Shown here in pieces: positions 19,250-27,095 of a stretch of 51,673 bases of DNA. Source of the stretch: a virus; IMG/VR virus record IMGVR_UViG_3300050196_000040, one strand, 5' to 3'. Below the pieces are notes generated by a model. It was not told the origin of the DNA, did not search any database, and was given only the letters and a program-made list of their open reading frames with translations. The stretch's first letter is position 1. Each line of letters begins with the position of its first letter. Made by a program: the position numbers and the translations under genes.

Positions 19250-19279
19250 TACAAGAATAGTTCTATTTTTTACAAGAAT
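19250..19279. repeat. Two TACAAGAAT direct repeats 21 bp apart in the terS leader
   Basis: tacaagaat at 19250-19258 and 19271-19279; CTACAAG (19249) / CTTGTAG (19297) inverted pair. Confidence 0.6.
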
Positions 19280-19344
19280 GTCTATGGACAAGCAAGCTTG
19301 TAGTTAACTATGGTTAAGTACGAGATTGCTTGGCCTATACTAAT

Positions 19345-19373
19345 ATTATACCATACTTTTGTCTATTTGTCAA
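19345..19373 (-). promoter_or_regulatory. Consensus sigma70-type promoter for the minus-strand (late) arm
   Basis: Minus strand reads TTGACA-17 nt-TATAAT with TGn directly upstream of the -10 (TTGACAaatagacaaaagtaTGgTATAAT). Confidence 0.7.
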
Positions 19374-19432
19374 TAGACAAATGAATATATTTACATAAAA
19401 TGCAAATATATTTGCTTTCTGCAAGAAAGCTA

Positions 19433-19461
19433 TTGACAATTCGACAGAATTGTGATACCCT
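19433..19461 (+). promoter_or_regulatory. Sigma70-type promoter firing rightward into the AT-rich hairpin region
   Basis: TTGACA (19433-38), 17-nt spacer containing TGa, -10 TACCCT (TAnnnT). Confidence 0.5.
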
Positions 19462-19495
19462 ATAATATATATTATATATTAATATAATATTATTA

Positions 19496-19537
19496 ATATA
19501 GAATAATATTATCTTTGTTGATAATATTATTCTATAT
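19496..19537. repeat. Perfect 18-bp AT-rich hairpin with C-TTTGTT-G loop (hairpin A)
   Basis: atatAGAATAATATTATC TTTGTT GATAATATTATTCTatat; every stem position pairs. Confidence 0.9.
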
Positions 19538-19572
19538 AATTAATATTTAATTTATTTAATATTAATAATATA

Positions 19573-19604
19573 AGAGAATAATATCTTTGTTGATATTATT
19601 CTCT
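19573..19604. repeat. Perfect 13-bp hairpin with C-TTTGTT-G loop (hairpin B)
   Basis: AGAGAATAATATC TTTGTT GATATTATTCTCT; exact reverse complement occurs at 33729..33760. Confidence 0.9.
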
Positions 19605-20002
19605 ATAGGTATTTAATATTAAAATAATAAAAGAGAAAGAAAATAGAATTATCACTAATGTTCTAATTCTAAAGAAAGAGAAAGGGGTACACTACGTGTA
19701 AGTGAGCGATAGCGAACGACATAACAAAGGGCCTAGAAGGCCTTTAAACAGCCCTACAAACGTCGTACGTAGTACTCCTAAGGGGTATGTAGCCAAGTGT
19801 AGTAATAATCGCTTGTAGAGCGTTTAAATAAGCCTACCCCATATACGTCTATTTTATTTAAAAAATATAAAATTTAGCAAGGAGCCTTACTGAATTATTC
19901 CACCCCGTAGATTTTCCCCCCTACCCCCTTTAATTATTATAATGAGTGTGCTTAATAAATAGGCATTTAGTCTAAACCATTATATTCAACCACCTACACA
20001 CC

Positions 20003-20243
20003 TATGCTGTGCTCACATTTTGATAGCATAGATACAATACCCATACTGGTAAGGGTATATACTTATAGGGGTATGAGTATATACACCCATGAGTATGTAA
20101 GGCTATATCACAAGCATAGAATGGGCTAATATGCAATAGGGGTTTGTATCTATTTGAATTAGAGTATGTTCTCTAATAAACATTCAATATGGTCGTGTTT
20201 AGAACAGAACTAGTCGCATTTATGCTGTGCCTGTTTTATAGCA
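20003..20243 (+). repeat. Direct repeat pair TATGCTGTGC..TTTT(G)ATAGCA in the non-coding control region
   Basis: tatgctgtgctcacattttgatagca (20003) and tatgctgtgcctgttttatagca (20221). Confidence 0.6.
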
Positions 20244-20411
20244 GGTTCCTAATAGAGTTTGTCCAGCGAACAGGCTTTACCGCTAGGTGCACCGAGCGAT
20301 CCCTTATAGGGTGACAGAGTTAGCGCCTAGGCCGTGTGGGAGTTAGGGGAAGACTGGCAAGCATGCACATATCCCAAGGCATGCACCTATTAATTCTTTT
20401 AAGGGGGTTAT

Positions 20412-20588
20412 ATGTCCGCTCAAGTAGTCCTGTATTTCAAGTCCGATTGTGAAGCTAGTGCTATATGGCAAGCCAAGCAAATCAATGCCATGTTTGCTAA
20501 ACGGGGTCATACTAATCCGGTAGTGCATGTTGTCCATACATATCAGGGATGGACTGTGCAAGAGATAGGATGTGTACTGCCTTTATAG
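20412..20588 (+). CDS. Hypothetical early protein (58 aa), not in ORF track
   Basis: AAGGGGG RBS 5 nt before the ATG; MSAQVVLYFKSDCEAS..; palindrome variant at 20390 immediately upstream; the antisense track ORF 20343..20561 is less likely. Confidence 0.5.
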   Translation: MSAQVVLYFKSDCEASAIWQAKQINAMFAKRGHTNPVVHVVHTYQGWTVQEIGCVLPL

Positions 20589-20712
20589 CTTTACACATTC
20601 TTTACAATGGCGTAAGTTTCATGTAAGGAAAGCATGTGTGTAATGTAAGTGTCAGCGGGAATTGTCCCATTAATTGTTTTAACTGTGCACCTAGGTGCGA
20701 AAGGGTATATAT

Positions 20713-21345
20713 ATGACCGATATAGCAGAGATGACCATCATTCAATCTGGTAAGGGCAAAGCGCCTACTAATAGCGACAAGGCTAAAGGCGCTGCACTCG
20801 CTGTAGTTTGTATTAAGTATGGCGTTAAGCGCATGGAACAAGAGGAAAAGGAAGCCGGAAAGCTGGGTGCCATTGTCAAGTCTATCAATGATTTGGCTCG
20901 GGATGGTCATGCGGAATTCCGTGCTGAATTGACAAAAGAGCTAAACCTTATTAAAGAACTTCGCCAGTCTACAGGGGTAACTAAAGAGCAAACCGCCGGC
21001 TATTCTTTCACGTCTTTTGAAACACTGTGCAGCAATTGGAAAACCATTAGCGCAGCTATTGAGATGGGTTATAGCGTCTTGAATGACGATATGGCACAAA
21101 AGCCTTGGAGTCTGGTGCTTGCTGAATCGGTGCAAATGAAACATGCTCACGCGTCCAATGCAGCCGAAAATGGTACACCAACCAAGCGCAAAGTGGGACG
21201 TAAATCCACGCCTATGATTGATAAGGCTATAAAGGCCATGAATGATCTGGATACAATCGAAGATATGATGGCCTTGTATAAGGCGCTGGAGGCCCGTATG
21301 ATTGCAGCTAAAGCCATTGAGGCTCGGGAAACTGCACCAGTCTAA
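20713..21345 (+). CDS. Hypothetical early protein
   Basis: Track ORF 20695..21345; ATG 20713 preferred; helical and charged; followed by two hairpins. Confidence 0.6.
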   Translation: MTDIAEMTIIQSGKGKAPTNSDKAKGAALAVVCIKYGVKRMEQEEKEAGKLGAIVKSINDLARDGHAEFRAELTKELNLIKELRQSTGVTKEQTAGYSFTSFETLCSNWKTISAAIEMGYSVLNDDMAQKPWSLVLAESVQMKHAHASNAAENGTPTKRKVGRKSTPMIDKAIKAMNDLDTIEDMMALYKALEARMIAAKAIEARETAPV

Positions 21346-21439
21346 AGCTTGACATTAGGAAAGCTTTAACCCCTAGCCTATTATGAGTGGGCTAGAGTTA
21401 AAATTTTTAACTAGCCCTTATGGGTTTGAAAGGTAGGCC

Positions 21440-21703
21440 ATGAAATACAATTTTATTCTGGGTGCTTCGCAGTCCGTTAGCTTGGACAAATGCCTTGTTG
21501 TGGCTGTGCTTGCAATGCGTAAATGCGGCAATAATGTGGAAAGCATCAAACTCTTGCGTCATGCTGGTAAAATTGACGGACTCAAGGAAGCGAAGGACTT
21601 ATCTGAATTTATTGCGGATCAGTTCGCATTCTCTACTGATGGGACGATGGCTGTTAAACGCACCCTTCCTATGGTTCGTTGGACAGGAACATCTGAAGAC
21701 TGA
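21440..21703 (+). CDS. Hypothetical early protein
   Basis: 87 aa; palindrome 21398 upstream; RBS aaggtagg. Confidence 0.55.
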   Translation: MKYNFILGASQSVSLDKCLVVAVLAMRKCGNNVESIKLLRHAGKIDGLKEAKDLSEFIADQFAFSTDGTMAVKRTLPMVRWTGTSED

Positions 21704-21760
21704 GTTAAAATTTTTAATTGCCTTACCGGGAATGGGTTAGTTGTTTTAAAAGGGTTTAGT

Positions 21761-21943
21761 ATGGGCACTATTTCTAAATTGTTTGTTGTTACTGCTAAAT
21801 CTATGGGCCCATATATGGACTATAGTTTAGTTACCGATAATGCTAGTCTTGCCTGGGAAGCATACCAAGCTCTATGCAATATGCCGGGTGCATATCGTTC
21901 TATTGTTTTTATTGGTAATACAAGGTTAAACCAAGAGACTTAA
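21761..21943 (+). CDS. Hypothetical early protein
   Basis: 60 aa; palindrome 21705 upstream. Confidence 0.45.
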   Translation: MGTISKLFVVTAKSMGPYMDYSLVTDNASLAWEAYQALCNMPGAYRSIVFIGNTRLNQET

Positions 21944-22034
21944 AATTTTTAATTCAAGAGCACATACAGGGATGTATTAAGTATATCTCTGCCTGTACTT
22001 TTGCAGGAGTTGCCAAGTATGGCAAGGAGTTAAA

Positions 22035-22283
22035 ATGTTTAATTCATCTTCGTTCGGGTTTGTAAAGGTTGCATACGTTGCTGACTATGGCAACTTCCAC
22101 ATCATCCCCCATTCAATTGAGGGCTTGGATTCATCCAAGATGAATGACCGACCCTCCCAACCACGCAAGCAAAAGAGACGCATCAACCCCAATCAAGGGC
22201 AGTTCCTCACTCAAATGTGGCGTGAGTCTGGACGCAAGTTGTACGATGGTAAACGCCGTACACTGGCATTCAATCAGCACTAA
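22035..22283 (+). CDS. Hypothetical basic early protein
   Basis: 82 aa; the ATG lies inside palindrome 22030 (GTTAAAATGTTTAAT); AAGGAG RBS. Confidence 0.55.
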   Translation: MFNSSSFGFVKVAYVADYGNFHIIPHSIEGLDSSKMNDRPSQPRKQKRRINPNQGQFLTQMWRESGRKLYDGKRRTLAFNQH

Positions 22284-22316
22284 AAGCAATTAAAACTTTT
22301 AATTCATAGGAAATAT

Positions 22317-22451
22317 ATGACCTACATTATCGGATTTTTCATTGTGTGCCTTGTCATTGTTGGCATTGCATTCTGGGTTGAACTCATGCTTGCAAAGGCA
22401 GAGGATGACGTATTTATGACTAGCCCCAAAGGACTGCGCCACTATGACTGA
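22317..22451 (+). CDS. Small membrane protein (44 aa), not in ORF track
   Basis: MTYIIGFFIVCLVIVGIAFWVELML.. single TM helix; palindrome 22290 lies 14 nt upstream; replaces antisense track ORF 22299..22508. Confidence 0.5.
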   Translation: MTYIIGFFIVCLVIVGIAFWVELMLAKAEDDVFMTSPKGLRHYD

Positions 22452-22740
22452 ATCAATTAAAACTTTTAACTCAAAAGAAAAGTTTAACCCCCGCTTTCTT
22501 TCTACCAACCATGAGGACTATATGCCTAAACGTAAGCCGGTTGTCAATTACCGGGAATCTACCCACCAACGCATTGAGCTTGGAAAGCCTGCTATTGTGT
22601 TTCCTATCAACCACTATGCAGACGATAGGGTGAGCAACACCAAGGAAGTTATTACATCTCCTGTTGTCAGCATTCACCGCAATTCTGAATTGCAAGTCTC
22701 AGAGTTTGAAACATTCAACACCATCTATCGTCGGATTTAA
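22444..22740 (+). CDS. Hypothetical early protein
   Basis: 98-aa ORF with ATGA overlap; alternative ATG 22522 behind GAGGA would place palindrome 22457 upstream of the gene. Confidence 0.5.
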   Translation: MTESIKTFNSKEKFNPRFLSTNHEDYMPKRKPVVNYRESTHQRIELGKPAIVFPINHYADDRVSNTKEVITSPVVSIHRNSELQVSEFETFNTIYRRI

Positions 22741-22770
22741 ATCTTTTAATTGTTTTCAAAAGGAGTTATT

Positions 22771-23064
22771 ATGTCGTCTATTGTTCGTTACTTCCACATT
22801 CGCACTGGAACTAAGGGTGGGGCTACTGTCCGTGTAGCTGGTGACACAAACCTATTGGGTCAGGTTGATGTACAATTCGCTTTGTGCTCAAAGCGGGACA
22901 ACTTTGTGAAGAAATTGGGTCGGTCATTTGCTGAGGCTGCCCCTGTCAAGGTGGTGCCCCTTCGCTACTTGCCCCAAGAGTTGCAACGTATTGCAGACAA
23001 GGCACGGAGTCGTCACACGACTGATTACACATATGGCATCAAATACTTCCTCCCTAAGGAATAG
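22771..23064 (+). CDS. Hypothetical early protein
   Basis: Start moved to ATG 22771 behind AGGAG (22761); contains a GGGTCGGTCATTTGCTG copy. Confidence 0.6.
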   Translation: MSSIVRYFHIRTGTKGGATVRVAGDTNLLGQVDVQFALCSKRDNFVKKLGRSFAEAAPVKVVPLRYLPQELQRIADKARSRHTTDYTYGIKYFLPKE

Positions 23065-23117
23065 ATTCTTCACTGCGTTCCAGAATCATAGTTAAAACTT
23101 TTAATTGAAAGAAATAT

Positions 23118-23279
23118 ATGTTCATCAAGAAACTTCACCCCCATGTGTTCGATGTGTTCCTCGGTAATGGCTTCAACAATTGGACCCGTGTTCGTCGTGG
23201 TCATTGGGGTGTGTCAGTCATTGCTGGCAATCGTTTGCCCAAAGCCATTATGAAGGACATTCAAGATGCGCTCGCTTAA
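23118..23279 (+). CDS. Hypothetical early protein (53 aa), not in ORF track
   Basis: ATG 14 nt after palindrome 23092; MFIKKLHPHVFDVFLGNGFNNW.. Confidence 0.4.
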   Translation: MFIKKLHPHVFDVFLGNGFNNWTRVRRGHWGVSVIAGNRLPKAIMKDIQDALA

Positions 23280-23658
23280 GTTAAATCTTTTAATTCTCTC
23301 TAGTGTTGTTGCACTAGCCGCTTGTAGTAAGGATGAACCCCAATATGTACAGCCTCCCATCTATCAACCCCAACCTCAAGTTACCCAAGCTGTCCCCCAA
23401 CAGCAGCCTCAGGTTGTCTACCAGCAGGCGGCTCCTCAAGGTAATAACGATATGCTCATTGGTGGCATTATGGGCTATATGCTTGGTGGTGCTGGCAATC
23501 GTGGCGGAGGCGGGAGTGCTGGCGGTAATAGTCCTGTCACAAACCATACCACTACGGTGAATAAAACCATTGTGAACAAGACATATGTGCAGCCAAAGCC
23601 TAACTACTCTGCACCTCGTTCGTATAGCAGCCCTAGCTATGGAGGCCGTAGAAAATGA
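23266..23658 (+). CDS. Lipoprotein with Q/P-rich linker and glycine-zipper segment
   Basis: MRSLKLNLLILSSVVALAAC (signal peptide + lipobox LAAC); GGIMGYMLGGAGNRGGGGSAGG. Confidence 0.7.
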   Translation: MRSLKLNLLILSSVVALAACSKDEPQYVQPPIYQPQPQVTQAVPQQQPQVVYQQAAPQGNNDMLIGGIMGYMLGGAGNRGGGGSAGGNSPVTNHTTTVNKTIVNKTYVQPKPNYSAPRSYSSPSYGGRRK

Positions 23659-23759
23659 AAGTGATTGTTTTAACTATGGTAGTGCTGTTATCGGGCTGTG
23701 CTACTATAACCACTCCCGATTGGATTGACACTACAGATAGGATGGATGTATGGCAATAG
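23655..23759 (+). CDS. Mini-lipoprotein (34 aa), not in ORF track
   Basis: ATGA overlap with the previous gene; MKVIVLTMVVLLSGC lipobox. Confidence 0.45.
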   Translation: MKVIVLTMVVLLSGCATITTPDWIDTTDRMDVWQ

Positions 23760-24046
23760 AAGGAACTCCGTTATACAACGCACTGGCAGAAAGATGGCGT
23801 CGGCACGCTTCATGGCCCATGATACTTAATGACATAAATAGTGTAGACGATGGCCATCTTGTAGAGGTGGACAAAAATGCAACTGATATTAATGGAGCAT
23901 TTACTTGGGACCGCACTCCTCAAGGCCATCATTATTGGTCCACTATCAACATGATTGATCGTCGGCTTAGAGCAGGAGTAGATGTAACTGGTGTGCAAGT
24001 TAATAAACCAAAGGAGGTAGTAAAGTATGCAGCAGAATATCACTAA
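23750..24046 (+). CDS. Hypothetical early protein
   Basis: 98-aa ORF overlapping its neighbours by a few codons. Confidence 0.5.
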   Translation: MAIEGTPLYNALAERWRRHASWPMILNDINSVDDGHLVEVDKNATDINGAFTWDRTPQGHHYWSTINMIDRRLRAGVDVTGVQVNKPKEVVKYAAEYH

Positions 24047-24242
24047 CATACAACAGCATTCACGATGGAATACTGAGGGCCGTAAACCATCTTGGTACAG
24101 AGATCAACTTGTGTCTCTCTCTGCGCCTGACACAAAGGTCGGTCATTCTGCACTAGCCAAGCGTATGTTCATTGGAAGTGGTGAGGATTGCATTGTGGAT
24201 GAATTAAATGTTTTAACTCAGGAGGAAGTATGTACATTGTAA
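24027..24242 (+). CDS. Hypothetical early protein
   Basis: 71 aa; AGGAGG RBS. Confidence 0.55.
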   Translation: MQQNITNIQQHSRWNTEGRKPSWYRDQLVSLSAPDTKVGHSALAKRMFIGSGEDCIVDELNVLTQEEVCTL

Positions 24243-24451
24243 TTAGGCGGAGTATGGATGGGAGACTGATAGGTTCTATCACTCCATTCCAGCATCCCTC
24301 CCTGAAATCTGCACAGGCAGAGTGTAAAAGATTGGCAGGCATAATTCCAAACTCTACATTCTACCCCATGAAAGCACTCAAGGGATTTAAAAACCAGGGA
24401 GTGGTTAAAGAGCCTAAACTTGGAACTAAGTATGCTCAAGTATTCAATTAA
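24230..24451 (+). CDS. Hypothetical early protein
   Basis: 73 aa; AGGAGG RBS. Confidence 0.55.
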   Translation: MYIVIRRSMDGRLIGSITPFQHPSLKSAQAECKRLAGIIPNSTFYPMKALKGFKNQGVVKEPKLGTKYAQVFN

Positions 24452-24911
24452 AAAGAAGTATGGCTTCTTGGCTGCAATGGAAAATCTTGGGGAACGCTGG
24501 CGTAATGGTGTACGGGTTCATCCTGAGCCAGCCAATCGACTCCCTGCTATTGCTGGCCCCGCTGTGGGTGGTACGTTGCAAGATGAAATGGATATGCCTT
24601 GGAACAAGATTGATTATAGTCGTTGGTATGATATAAATGTAATGGGTCGATTCAAGGTGGGTGACTTGGTTACTCCACACTATATGGCGGAGCAAGTGGG
24701 GTTTCTTCCATACCATTGGAAGATTACCTATTGTAATGAGCTTCACCATACTGTAAAGTTTAGTAGGTCTAATGACCAACCTAAGTGCATTATAGTGCAG
24801 AACCTACAGAACGGGTTTACTTCCAAGTGCCCTAAAGAACTGCGCTTGCTTACTGAGAAGGAGATAGCTCTTGTTAACCTACAGAATATCAAAGTCCAAG
24901 GCACCGCGTAG
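24432..24911 (+). CDS. Hypothetical protein
   Basis: Track ORF 24420..24911 (TTG); first ATG at 24432. Confidence 0.5.
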   Translation: MLKYSIKKKYGFLAAMENLGERWRNGVRVHPEPANRLPAIAGPAVGGTLQDEMDMPWNKIDYSRWYDINVMGRFKVGDLVTPHYMAEQVGFLPYHWKITYCNELHHTVKFSRSNDQPKCIIVQNLQNGFTSKCPKELRLLTEKEIALVNLQNIKVQGTA

Positions 24912-25215
24912 AGTAGGTCAAGCAGTTAAAACTTTTAACTACGAAGATAAGGAGAAGCTTCTCCATTCCAACCTGAACAAGACATTCTTTAGGGTTGGTG
25001 ATATTGTCAGGTTTAAAAAACCTAGGCGCAATCCTCTAGTAGGAACTGTGATTGAGATTCAATCCAAGGTATCCGAAGTAACGTGGGTCAATGGTGGTAC
25101 ATCACCAATGAATATTATTTTGGAGGTTGTTAAGGGAAGCAACGGAGCTACCCCAAAGACAGAGCGAGTGAAAACCAACGTGAAGAAACTTCTTTTTGTG
25201 GAGGCTGCGAAATGA
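24871..25215 (+). CDS. Hypothetical protein (SH3/KOW-like VGDIVRFKK segment)
   Basis: TTG start 7 nt after GAAGGAG; 114 aa. Confidence 0.45.
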   Translation: MLTYRISKSKAPRRVGQAVKTFNYEDKEKLLHSNLNKTFFRVGDIVRFKKPRRNPLVGTVIEIQSKVSEVTWVNGGTSPMNIILEVVKGSNGATPKTERVKTNVKKLLFVEAAK

Positions 25216-25532
25216 ATGACTGTCTAGTTACAGTGGTAGATGTTGACCAAGGTGTGCGTGGTGAGTGGCGAGGCATACACAATTATGCTCGTGGTATTGC
25301 CACACATGAGGACTTTGATGGAGAGATTGAAGGTCTTTCCAATCAAGAGGTGCTGCGTCGTGTCAAGATGTGGAGTTGTCTTGAGAAAGATGTGCCCATT
25401 GTTGTAGAGCAAATGAGCCAAGAGTGGGTTGGCTATGAGATTAAAGTTTTTAAATTGAACCAAGTTTCTGTGCGTGTTCCGGGTGAGCTACGCAAGAAAC
25501 AACTAACCAAAGATGGGGTACTACCTGAATGA
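25212..25532 (+). CDS. Hypothetical protein, first gene of the amidoligase cassette
   Basis: ATGA overlaps at both ends. Confidence 0.55.
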   Translation: MNDCLVTVVDVDQGVRGEWRGIHNYARGIATHEDFDGEIEGLSNQEVLRRVKMWSCLEKDVPIVVEQMSQEWVGYEIKVFKLNQVSVRVPGELRKKQLTKDGVLPE

Positions 25533-26185
25533 AAAAGATTCTTTATACTATTATGTTTGGTGGCGACTGCTATCCATTCACTGACTTGGCTCAACAGATT
25601 ATTACCGTGCGTAACGTCGATCAAATCGTGGAGAAAGATGCAGTGATGGTTGTATGGGGTGGGGCTGATATTAGTCCTGCTTTGTATGGTCATAAGCAAT
25701 CCCTTACTACGCATTGCTACAAGCAACGTGATGATATTGAGTGGGCTGCTATGAAGAAGGCTGCACAGCTAGGTATCCCCATCATTGGTGTATGCCGTGG
25801 AGCACAGATGCTTTGTGCCTTGGCTGGTGGTTTCTTGATTCAGGACACTACTGACCATGCCGGACGTGGGCATCAAGTGACAACAAAAGAGGGTCGGTCA
25901 TTTGCTGTAAATTCTATCCACCATCAGATGATGGCTGGTTTGGAGAATACAGAGCATGAGCTTCTTGCATGGGTTGATGTTCCCCGTAGTCGGCATTACA
26001 TCTATAAAGATGATGTAAAATACCATACCCCAGAGGGCTTTAAAGAACCAGAGATGGTTTATTTCCCGAAAGTCAAAGGATATGCCATTCAATGGCATCC
26101 CGAAGGAATGTCGGAAGATTGTGAAGCAACCAAGTACATCATGGAGCAGTATTATGCCCGAGAAAACCTCTCCGTTGGAGTTTAA
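25529..26185 (+). CDS. Class I glutamine amidotransferase-fold thiol peptidase (peptidase C26 / PuuD-like gamma-glutamyl hydrolase)
   Basis: IIGVCRGAQML nucleophile elbow and AIQWHPE His-Glu motif. Confidence 0.75.
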   Translation: MKKILYTIMFGGDCYPFTDLAQQIITVRNVDQIVEKDAVMVVWGGADISPALYGHKQSLTTHCYKQRDDIEWAAMKKAAQLGIPIIGVCRGAQMLCALAGGFLIQDTTDHAGRGHQVTTKEGRSFAVNSIHHQMMAGLENTEHELLAWVDVPRSRHYIYKDDVKYHTPEGFKEPEMVYFPKVKGYAIQWHPEGMSEDCEATKYIMEQYYARENLSVGV

Positions 26186-26513
26186 AACTCTATTAAATAG
26201 TTTAACTGGTGTTGTATACGAGCAGACAAATGATAAGCCAAAGACGATTCCAGCAGGGTATGGGTCAACAGCTTGTGAAATGTCCCGTTTGTGTGAATGC
26301 TGTGGGGCTAGTGCTTATGGCTATCGGACATTTAATTCTGTGTATGCCACAAACATAGTTCCAGAAAAAGAGGTTGGAAGGTGGGATACGAAACAAATCA
26401 TAGTGTCTGGACCAATAGGTAAGGAAGACCTCCCGGTTCTCCCAACTGGAAGGAATTTCATGCGACTTAAGGGAGACGAGAAAGACTTCCTTATTACATG
26501 GGAGACTCAATGA
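26154..26513 (+). CDS. Hypothetical Cys-rich protein
   Basis: Track ORF 26082..26513; ATG 26154 preferred (GGAG upstream); CEMSRLCECCG. Confidence 0.45.
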   Translation: MPEKTSPLEFKTLLNSLTGVVYEQTNDKPKTIPAGYGSTACEMSRLCECCGASAYGYRTFNSVYATNIVPEKEVGRWDTKQIIVSGPIGKEDLPVLPTGRNFMRLKGDEKDFLITWETQ

Positions 26514-26827
26514 TATATAGTGTTTACATTGCATCATTCATGGGTGCTTATGCTAATGAAAGGCCCCAGAATGTGGCAGCTCTCATCAAGGCTGCACCAG
26601 AGGATGCCTCGTTTATCTTCATCCCTACAATTAGGCAGATAGAGGAGTTTAAAAATTGGCTGACTAAGTGGAAGTTAAATAATTTAATTCAATATGCTAG
26701 TCCAGAGCCATTTATTAATGGAAGTCACCCAACAGAGGGACCAAGGTTGTATATCTATGTGCTTTCTAAATCTGAAATAAAGGAGAGTGGTTATGTCACA
26801 GCAACTAACATTAGAGGACAAGCGTAA
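26510..26827 (+). CDS. Hypothetical protein, paralogue of 27092..27493
   Basis: ATGA-coupled start MIYS..; shares SFIFIPT..Q.E.F..W..KWKL..NGSH with its paralogue. Confidence 0.55.
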   Translation: MIYSVYIASFMGAYANERPQNVAALIKAAPEDASFIFIPTIRQIEEFKNWLTKWKLNNLIQYASPEPFINGSHPTEGPRLYIYVLSKSEIKESGYVTATNIRGQA

Positions 26828-27095
26828 GATTCTCCCCACCATAGGAGTACAACCAATGCTTGAGGGAGGTCCAGCTAATGGACTACGCTCCCTACAGGCT
26901 GGCTTTGCTGGATGCTGTGGGTCTATTTATATCTCAGAGGAGAGCAAGGAACAGGAGTGGGTTAAGGAGTACGATAAACGTATTTGGTGGCAGAGGGGAG
27001 TGGGCATTCCAGAGGCTCTTAAAGAAAGAGGTAAGGAGAGTCTACTTATTCCTGATGTGTCAGGTAATGTACTTGTTCAATGGGATGATGTATGA
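26793..27095 (+). CDS. Hypothetical protein
   Basis: ATG 26793, 7 nt after AGGAG. Confidence 0.5.
   Translation: MSQQLTLEDKRKILPTIGVQPMLEGGPANGLRSLQAGFAGCCGSIYISEESKEQEWVKEYDKRIWWQRGVGIPEALKERGKESLLIPDVSGNVLVQWDDV

Noticed and set aside
19441-19640. AT-rich repetitive stretch that could be mistaken for a CRISPR array or tandem repeat
   Set aside because: There are no regularly spaced direct repeats with unique spacers. The structure resolves into inverted repeats (hairpins) and short AT palindromes. No cas genes are present.
19782-19840. GGGGTA...TACCCC stem that looked like a tRNA acceptor stem
   Set aside because: The element is only 59 nt long. No D-arm or T-arm can be drawn and there is no GTTCRA T-loop. 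No tRNA-like sequence was seen elsewhere in the window.
20061-20320. TTATAGGG sequences (about 20061 and 20301, the latter followed by GTGACA) reminiscent of T7/SP6 promoter cores
   Set aside because: No single-subunit RNA polymerase is encoded. There are only two short, dissimilar matches, and the upstream promoter portions are not conserved.
20353-20385. CTGGCAAGCATGCACA as a possible sigma54 (-24/-12) promoter
   Set aside because: The GG to GC spacing is too short for the TGGCAC-N5-TTGC geometry. The sequence is better described as a GCATGCAC direct repeat.
20343-20910. Minus-strand ORFs 20343..20561 and 20602..20910 at the start of the early arm, and likewise 22299..22508, 22471..22695, 23314..23547, 23731..23916 and 23810..24049
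   Set aside because: They are antisense to plus-strand ORFs that have RBSs, ATGA coupling and upstream palindromes. They have no RBS and would break the strict two-arm strand organisation.
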